A stretch of DNA of 63,999 bases, filler included, from Piptocephalis cylindrospora (Eukaryota), in the NCBI GenBank assembly GCA_003614145.1. It is 25 parts of 25 records of this genome, joined end to end, with 100 filler letters (N's around TTAATTAATTAA, not from the genome) between each part and the next. Parts side by side here need not be neighbours in the genome. Positions count along the whole stretch, not along the records: positions 56,934 to 59,285 come from KZ988954.1; positions 59,386 to 61,845 come from KZ988955.1; positions 61,946 to 63,999 come from KZ989055.1; 22 more parts are not named here. The stretch is one strand, 5' to 3'. Within the stretch, counting starts at the first letter, position 1. Every line of letters starts with the position of its first letter. A program made the position numbers and the translations under genes. The notes beneath the pieces are model-generated. The model worked only from the letters and a program-made list of their open reading frames with translations, ran no database searches and had not been told where the DNA came from. This document shows positions 56,934 through 63,999 of the stretch, piece after piece.

Positions 56934-59271
56934 CTAGGCCCTCAAGGTCCAAGCCTTCGGTAAGGCTAAGAGGGATGAACGGATGGGCAGAGCGATGAAG
57001 AAATGGCCCTTCTCATATCATAATCACACTATAGGATGTTGTGGGAACCCCTTGTGCTTGCAACGGGGCATCTGGCCACATCGATCAGGGAAGATATTCA
57101 ATCGAGAATGCATCATCTAGGTAAGCGAAAGTGTCATAGGTTTTGAAACACGTTTCACTACTCACTCCGTCTCATTCGCTCAGGTGTAGGGCTCTCTGCA
57201 GATGGAGTGGGCTCAGAGGTGACTCATGTACCTCTGGAACAGTTGGATTGGACCTGTACTCTTCTTCAAGCCTTGGTCCTTGGAAAGTGGGTAGTTGATA
57301 CGGCCTGGGTGGATCGGCTATCCAATGGTTTGAGCGCTTCCTCCAATGGAACGATACGGCCCCCTCAACCAACGTGTCACCTACCCACTAACCATCTCGC
57401 CCCTTGGGCACATGGTATGGAGTGGTTAAAGCCTATTCCCGGGAGAAAAACGATGTTTCAAGGGGTGGTGTGCATTATAGCGGATGAGGGTCAGGTAAGT
57501 AACGTGAGATAAAAGAAGATGGATGATCCACGTATCTTACATGACGCCCTCCAGATGGGCCGTTGGAATGATGTACTGACCTTTGGGGGCGGCATGAGCT
57601 GGAGATACTCTCGCGACAGTCAAATCTCTAGGTCTGGCAAGACCGATCCTCCTTCCCTTGAGCAACTCGTTATCTTGATTAGACCCTGCGGGGATGGGCT
57701 TTGCTCCGTGGAGGATACAGCAGGAATGGAGGATATGGCCAAAAGGTAGGTTTTGGGATGGGGGGAGAGGGGGGAGATTGATCGGCCCAGACTTTGTCTC
57801 ATCTTCGCTTTTTTCCTGTGGGGTTGATCTTGACCAGGATGGGTATGACTCTCACTGATGAACTATCCTTGCTCCAATCGTTGGTGGAGGCAAAGATGAT
57901 TCCTGAGAAGGTAGATATGGTTCAAGTAACCAAGGATATCCAAAAGATACTGCTAGAGGGTTCACCTGAACCCAAGAAACTTCCCGTAAGTTCCATTAAA
58001 ATTATACTATATGAAGAGGCATTTACTATGGAGAAGGCGTACCCTCTTACCGCCCACGATTTATGCCATGTCATTCAATTATAGAGAAAAAGCCTAGGCT
58101 CATTCTTGGACGTGATTATTGGTGGCGGTAAGGTGGATAAGAAGGAAGAAAGGCCAGAACCACAGACCAAGGTAAGTATGGTAGTTTACCCATCGCTTTC
58201 TCCATGACTCACCCTCTTGTACATGTAGAAGGAATCGGTAGCGAGTATCCTCAAGAAGAAAAGAATTCTCTCCAAGATCATTTCCCATAAGCCCCCTCCC
58301 CCTGCCCCTTGCCCATATGTTCCATGGGAAGAGGATGTGGTGAAGAAGGAGGAGCAGGAGGATCAAGAGGAAGATCCGAGTAAAAGGTATATGGTGGTTG
58401 AAGAGGTCAGCGATCTTTGTGTCATCGGCTCCTCCTCTTCGTCCTCTTCCGAGGGCTCGGTCCATTCCAGTATGGGATCCATCTCATCCGTTACCAATTT
58501 CAAGCGGTTTGTCAAGGTAAGGATGATTGGAATGATATGTGCCGAGGGAAACGGGTTCCCTTCTCATCATTCACCTCCTCCATTGGGTAGAGTAAAGGAA
58601 GCAGAGGGAAGGAGCCGAGAAAGAGAACCAAGGTCATCCCCGTCTACGAGCAGAATAGCTCAGGATTTGGATCTAGTTCACGGGGTAAGTGATTGGAAGC
58701 CAATGAGTAGACAATGGGAGACGAGTGACTAGGTCTTATCCCACAACTAATACTGCATCCTCTTTCCCCTACTAGAGAGTTGGCTGGATGGATCTAATGG
58801 AACGAGATCGTCCTCCTTATCGATGAAATCCTCGTCTTCATCAATGAGATCCACTCGATATTCAATGAAATGGGATGAGGAAGAGGAAGAGGGAGATGAT
58901 GATGATGATCATCATGTGAACAGAGCATTAGGATACTCCAAAGACTCACACTCGACTGGCTCTTTTCCTGAGAGCATGGAGGGATCCTACTCGAGTCGAT
59001 CCAGTAGGGATGAAAAGGATCCTAGCGGTGGTGGTAGTGGTGGCGGGATCATGTCTACATCAACCTCTTCCCTCCTCTCCACCACCTCATCCACTTCCAT
59101 CACCTCGACGAGCACCGTGGCATTTGGGTAAGCTTTGGATAAGACATTGAGGGTGAGTAGGGACAGTGATATTGATTGCCCTGCCCATCGTATATCCGTG
59201 GTATGGTGCAATACCATCCAAATAGAGGATCGCTGACTGATCTCAAGAAGCGACGGCAACGACCTTCCTGA
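56934..59271 (+). CDS. NBS1: Nibrin/Nbs1-like protein (BRCT region, Mre11-binding motif), 5' partial, multi-exon
   Basis: WEPLVL, VTHV..LLQALVLGKWVVDTAWV, RKTMFQG, NFKRFVK; basic end KKRRQRPS*. Confidence 0.7.
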
Positions 59272-59667
59272 TGGTCCTATTCCATNNNNNNNNNNNNNNN
59301 NNNNNNNNNNNNNNNNNNNNNNNNNNNNNTTAATTAATTAANNNNNNNNNNNNNNNNNNNNNNNNNNNNNNNNNNNNNNNNNNNNGGGCCTAGGGAGAAG
59401 AGGTGAGGTGAGTGAACAATCAAGCAGCGACAATGCCATGAAAGAAAATTGCGTAGAGATGTGTTTTTGCAGAGAAGTCTCATGCCCTGGAGCTTGTCTT
59501 TATTGTTTCCTTAACGACATGTCAATTCCGTCACATCAGGAAACGTATCCAGCTGAACCCAACTCATTTTTGAAGTGGAAAAAGAACGAACCACACCCCA
59601 ACCCCGTCGAATAAATCTCTCTCCCCCTGACCTATCTACCCTCTCCCACTTGCCCAAAATAAACACT

Positions 59668-61296
59668 TTATCGGGTGTTGACGATATCATCGATCTTGAG
59701 GATCATCTTGACAGTCTCACTGGCCAGTTCGATGGCGCTGGTGGAGACCAGAAGGGGCTGAACGACGTTCTCCTCGAGGATGTTGGTGATGGTGCCCTTG
59801 CGGACGTTGATGCCGGCAGTGATCTCTCCCTTGGCATGACGGTTCCGGAGCTCAGTGACAATGTAGATGGGGTTGAGGCCAGCATTCTCGGCCAGGGTAG
59901 TGGGGATGACCTCGAGGGCCTCGGCGTAGGCCTCGGCGCACCGGGCGTCCATACCCGTGAGGGTACGGGCGTACTCGGTGACCAGACGACGAGATACTTC
60001 GATCTCGGGGGCACCACCGCCGGCAATAAGGGCCTTGCGCTTCACCAGACACCGAACGACGCAGAGAGCATCATGGAGGGAACGTTCAGCCTCCTCGAGG
60101 ACAAGGCCATTAGCACCACGGCAGAGGATGGAGACGGTGGATCCCAGGCCAGCGGGGCCGGGCTTGATGCCGGAGACCTTGACGATACGTTCACCGGACG
60201 AGTCAATCTCTTCGACGAGATCGGCGGTTCCAAGTTTATCCTCGGAGAAAGAGTCAATGTCGGCGATGGGCTTGCACCCAGTGCTCTTGCAGAGGAACTC
60301 GATCTCATCACGCTCAATATCCTTGATAGCGAGGATCTTAAGCTTGGAGAGGAAGTGAAGAGAAAGGTCGTTGACGGCGTCACGTAGGATGGACTTTTGA
60401 ATGAGAAGGACATTACATCCGGACTTCTTGATGCGCTTGCACATATTCAGTAGGTACTGACGTTCCTCCTTGAGGATACGGTCCATCTGACGATAATCGT
60501 TGACGACAATCTGATTCTCCATGTCGGGCTTGGGGGGAGAGAGCTGGAACTGAACGAGACCAATCTTGGCCTTCTCCATGCGCGTGGGCCCACCAGCGCT
60601 CTTAATGACAGTCTGGGAAAGGACGAGACCATCGACGAGTTCGGTGTCATCAATGGTGCCTCCGAGCTTCTTCACGACGCGAATGTCCTGGAGATCCGCA
60701 TTTTCGGTGGTCAGGGGATCCTGGACGACGCGGAGAACAGCATCCACAGCAATGGGGGCAAGGAGGGAGGAGTGCTGGGAGACGACTTTGGAGTTGAGGG
60801 AGGTGGAGGCGGCGCGCAGTAGGGACTCGCGGTCGGAGAGAAGGAGGGGAGGGGACATGTCCTCGAGGTACTGGACGATCTTGGCAGCACATCTCTGGAA
60901 GGATTCAGCGATGGTAGTGGGGTGGATACCTTTGGCCAGAAGCTTTTCCGCAGCGGTGAGGAGGGCACCAGCAAGAACCACAACACTAGTAGTGCCGTCA
61001 CCGGCCTCGACATCCTGGGCAGCAGACAGATCTACCAGCATCTTGGCTGCGGGATGCATGACCGAGAGGTGCTTGAGGATGGTGGCGCCGTCATTGGTGA
61101 TGACGACTTGACCCGAGCCTGTTTTGATCATCTTATCCATGCCCTTAGGACCCAAGGAGGTGCGAATGGCGTCGGCCACGGCCTTCGCGGCCGTGATATT
61201 GGAGGATCGCACCTCTCTGGGCTTCTCCTTATCCTTGAAAGCACCTGATTTAGGGGCGGAAGCCGCTGGGGCTGCTGGGGCAGAAGTCGGGGCCAT
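59668..61296 (-). CDS. CCT4: T-complex protein 1 subunit delta, complete and intronless
   Basis: [57 protein letters not shown]. Confidence 0.97.
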   Translation of the reverse strand: MAPTSAPAAPAASAPKSGAFKDKEKPREVRSSNITAAKAVADAIRTSLGPKGMDKMIKTGSGQVVITNDGATILKHLSVMHPAAKMLVDLSAAQDVEAGDGTTSVVVLAGALLTAAEKLLAKGIHPTTIAESFQRCAAKIVQYLEDMSPPLLLSDRESLLRAASTSLNSKVVSQHSSLLAPIAVDAVLRVVQDPLTTENADLQDIRVVKKLGGTIDDTELVDGLVLSQTVIKSAGGPTRMEKAKIGLVQFQLSPPKPDMENQIVVNDYRQMDRILKEERQYLLNMCKRIKKSGCNVLLIQKSILRDAVNDLSLHFLSKLKILAIKDIERDEIEFLCKSTGCKPIADIDSFSEDKLGTADLVEEIDSSGERIVKVSGIKPGPAGLGSTVSILCRGANGLVLEEAERSLHDALCVVRCLVKRKALIAGGGAPEIEVSRRLVTEYARTLTGMDARCAEAYAEALEVIPTTLAENAGLNPIYIVTELRNRHAKGEITAGINVRKGTITNILEENVVQPLLVSTSAIELASETVKMILKIDDIVNTR

Positions 61297-61428
61297 AATT
61301 CACACACTTAGAGAGAGGAAGAGGAAAGTCGCACACTAGGAGGATGTCACACACACGCAGGGTGGTACGTCAAGGAGAGGAAGGGAGGAGGAGTGGGGAA
61401 AAGGATATTTTTTGGGAGGGGAAGAAGG

Positions 61429-61515
61429 AAGGATGGATGGATAGAGAGTGGAAGGGAGGATGGATGGATGGATGGATAGAGGATGGACGGATGGATAGAT
61501 GGATGGATGGATGGG
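61429..61515 (+). repeat. Imperfect (GGAT)n microsatellite upstream of CCT4
   Basis: GGATGGATGGATGGATAG runs. Confidence 0.85.
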
Positions 61516-61945
61516 AGTGTTTAGGTATGCTGGGTCAAGGCGGAGATGGAGTTAGGGATGTTTTGATGGGTGGAGCGTGAAAGTCCCCACTGACAGATGG
61601 GCGGAGGTGGCGGGGGAACTCTGGGAGACGAGGGGAGGGGCGAGGCAAGTCGTGGCTGTGTGGGAGGGGACGGGGGAGGGGCGGGGGGGCACATGCGCGC
61701 GCCCCTCCTTCCGGGGGGAGGGGGGCACGGAGAATAGCGGGTGGTGGTAAGGAGAAGAAGGGAGAGGGGAAGGTGGGGGAGGGGAGGTGGGGAAAAGCAG
61801 GACACATCCTTGACCCCCAGGATTGTATCGGTGGGAGGGATAGGGNNNNNNNNNNNNNNNNNNNNNNNNNNNNNNNNNNNNNNNNNNNNTTAATTAATTA
61901 ANNNNNNNNNNNNNNNNNNNNNNNNNNNNNNNNNNNNNNNNNNNN

Positions 61946-62980
61946 CTTCTATTCTCGATCTCTTCCTCGGGACGAACGGTAGAATTGCCGGAAAAGGCCT
62001 CCACTCCCTCTTCCTTCCAGAAGGAACAGCCCTTCAAGGACCCAACCTCAGCTTGGTTCGTGGAGTGGTGGTATATGCGACGGTTAAAGAAAGATATCAT
62101 CCAACCCTTGGTCGTGAGCCAGAAACACTTTCGTCAGATGATCATCAATTACGTCGATATCAACGATACTCCACAGGCCATTGGGCAACGGCTTCGTGTC
62201 TTCTACTACGTCCTCTATGGTCGTAACCATAACCGTTCCAAGCTCGGCCATTTTTCTCGGTTTATCGAGTTTCGCAGGACCTTTAGTGCTTCCACTCGCG
62301 AAATGCTCGATCAAATGCGCAAATGGACCAAGCACCAACGGATAGTCCAGATAATAGGGAGAAATGAGGATTACCACCTCTCATCTCACTCCGCCTCTCT
62401 TGAGGATCAAACCACCCAGGATGACCCTGACGCCTCTTCCTCCTCAAGCCTTTCTTCCACCACAAGCCATGCCCTTTCCGTTGGCTTGGCAAGGGAAACA
62501 GTGAGACCAAATTACTCTCATAAGGGCCTCTTCTACCAGGATGAAACCTACCGAGCCTTCAATCACACCTTTTCCCTCATCCACAAGGCTTCCAAACAAC
62601 TCATTCAATTTCCTAGAAAAGATGATCCCAATAGCTCTGAAAAAATCAAGGCCATAATGAGCAGGGGAGAGTTGGCCGTCATCCGTCTCCTCAAATCTTT
62701 TCAAGATCTAGAGGACCAAGTGCTTAATGAAATCAAGGAAAGGCTCACGACATACTGCATCTACCACCGAATCCGCCGTCGTCGTTGCATCTACCTGGAT
62801 GATCACATCACTGCTCTCTTCAAAGAGGCTGAGACGCCCAAACTGGTGGCTAGAGTGTCAAATACGGTGAAGAATCGGTTCCTCGCGCTCGCTAAAAAGA
62901 ATGGGTCCTCCACAAAAAACGACGATGGCTGGCTGATGGGTTGGGTGCCCAAGTGGGCCAAGGACTGGACTTGGGGATAG
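61946..62980 (+). CDS. Orphan helical protein, 5' partial, possibly secreted
   Basis: Frame is open from the contig start (LLFSISSSG-RTVELPEK) for about 345 codons; no motif recognised. Confidence 0.65.
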   Translation, partial: LLFSISSSGRTVELPEKASTPSSFQKEQPFKDPTSAWFVEWWYMRRLKKDIIQPLVVSQKHFRQMIINYVDINDTPQAIGQRLRVFYYVLYGRNHNRSKLGHFSRFIEFRRTFSASTREMLDQMRKWTKHQRIVQIIGRNEDYHLSSHSASLEDQTTQDDPDASSSSSLSSTTSHALSVGLARETVRPNYSHKGLFYQDETYRAFNHTFSLIHKASKQLIQFPRKDDPNSSEKIKAIMSRGELAVIRLLKSFQDLEDQVLNEIKERLTTYCIYHRIRRRRCIYLDDHITALFKEAETPKLVARVSNTVKNRFLALAKKNGSSTKNDDGWLMGWVPKWAKDWTWG

Positions 62981-63711
62981 TAATATCCCTCCTGATTGAC
63001 AGTACTCGTAAATGCCCCTCTTAAGGGATGGTGTATGCTAAAGTATAATTGTTTCATACATTCCCATATTTTTTTCCCTTTTTATTGCATCCATGGCATA
63101 TGGTGTATGTGTTAAATTTGCTGCTTGAGGAGGGACAGGAGAATACTGACAACTTATCAAATCCCATATGTCATATGCGAAAAATATAGGCCTGTCGGGG
63201 GCGATTGTACGGCTTTGGATATGGCGAGCATATCCGGGGAAATTGAGTAAATAATATTATTCACACAAATCAGATATTTATTAATGATAATGATAATACC
63301 CATTTATTTCCTTCGGGCGTCTTCCAAATCTTTGTCACACTACCGCCTGAACCTGATCATAAAAACCAGGAGTCAACCACAGTTACGCTCTAGTAGAGCA
63401 CCACCATATTTGAAGCAGATGTGTGTCATAGTGGCAACACACTTGACTGAGGGCCTCGCATCCCCCGCACTACTCTGCCCCATCCACCATCCCAACACTT
63501 TCTCTTCTACCCCTCCCACTGTGCGCAATCCCCTCCTCCGGCCATACCCACAAGCCTTTTCTTTTTTTTCTTTTTTTCTCCCCTCCCCCTCCCCCTCCCC
63601 CAGTCCTCCCTCCCAATTCCCCAACCCTCTTCTCTCCCCTCTTGTCTGATCTGCTCCGATCCACCCTTCCTTCGCCACCCTTTCCTTTATCCAAACAACA
63701 ACTCCCTCACA

Positions 63712-63999
63712 ATGTCTTCCCCCACTGCTCTTTCGGAAAAGGCCGTCGAAGCCATCAACAAGGTCAACGAGAAGCTTCAGACCATCACCTCCGAGTTCGA
63801 GGACCGTATTCTCGCCCTCCAGGTGGAGTACGAGATCAAGAAGAAGGAGGCTTACGAAGAGAGGCAAAAGGCCGTCTCTGAGATCCCCGGTTTCTGGGGT
63901 GAGGTATTTTCCAACCACCCCTTCACTGGCTCCCTTCTCACCTCCGCGGAGGCCGAGCTCCTAACCGGTCTTCGTGAGGTCCGCGTCGAACGCAAGACT
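63712..63999 (+). CDS. NAP/SET (TAF-I/Vps75-like) histone chaperone, N-terminus (absent from ORF track)
   Basis: Hand translation MSSPTALSEK..ILALQVEYEIKKKEAYEERQKAVSEIPGFWGEVFSNHPF. Confidence 0.88.
   Translation, partial: MSSPTALSEKAVEAINKVNEKLQTITSEFEDRILALQVEYEIKKKEAYEERQKAVSEIPGFWGEVFSNHPFTGSLLTSAEAELLTGLREVRVERKT

Larger units (their letters stand above)
2533..61945. other. 24 artificial contig linkers (N44-TTAATTAATTAA-N44) starting at 2533, 5153, 7772, 10389, 13002, 15614, 18225, 20834, 23439, 26044, 28538, 31140, 33741, 36337, 38926, 41514, 44096, 46672, 49247, 51705, 54270, 56834, 59286, 61846
   Basis: The same 100-nt spacer with six-frame stops recurs about every 2.6 kb, and genes are truncated at these points. 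Confidence 0.98.

Noticed and set aside
2533..61945. Regularly spaced TTAATTAATTAA as a CRISPR-like or structural repeat, and gene clusters spanning it
   Set aside because: It is a synthetic six-frame-stop linker inside N runs; adjacency across linkers is meaningless

Overview
This window is not contiguous DNA. It is 25 unrelated contigs of about 2.0-2.5 kb joined by 24 artificial 100-nt linkers (N44-TTAATTAATTAA-N44), so neighbourhood only means something inside a contig. The content is fungal: short GT-AG introns, an 18S rRNA 5' end with ETS/IGS, and housekeeping genes (PGM2, PCC-alpha, NDH-2, YND1, XPF, PKC1, MAM3, AAT, NBS1-like, CCT4, NAP/SET). PCC-alpha, a Kv-type channel and a Merlin transposon suggest a non-Dikarya fungus; a Zoopagomycota single-cell assembly is my unverified guess. 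Four contigs show inversions; three have exact 55-nt duplications and PKC1 has a triplicated 261-nt block, as expected from MDA chimeras assembled at k=55. Undoing one inversion reconstructs a hidden non-RD kinase-helical-Sel1 gene. Other main observations: an aspartate aminotransferase with a PTS2 mini-exon plus an in-frame intronic ATG (possible dual targeting); a Sas4/PEHE-like gene next to a MOF/Esa1-type chromobarrel gene; a solo-LTR family flanked by ATAT with a covarying hairpin; Tc1, Merlin and LINE relics; and several secreted orphans (ricin-like, K/D-rich, copper-ligand-less pseudo-SOD), two of them next to TEs. All family calls come from reading motifs by eye; no searches were run.
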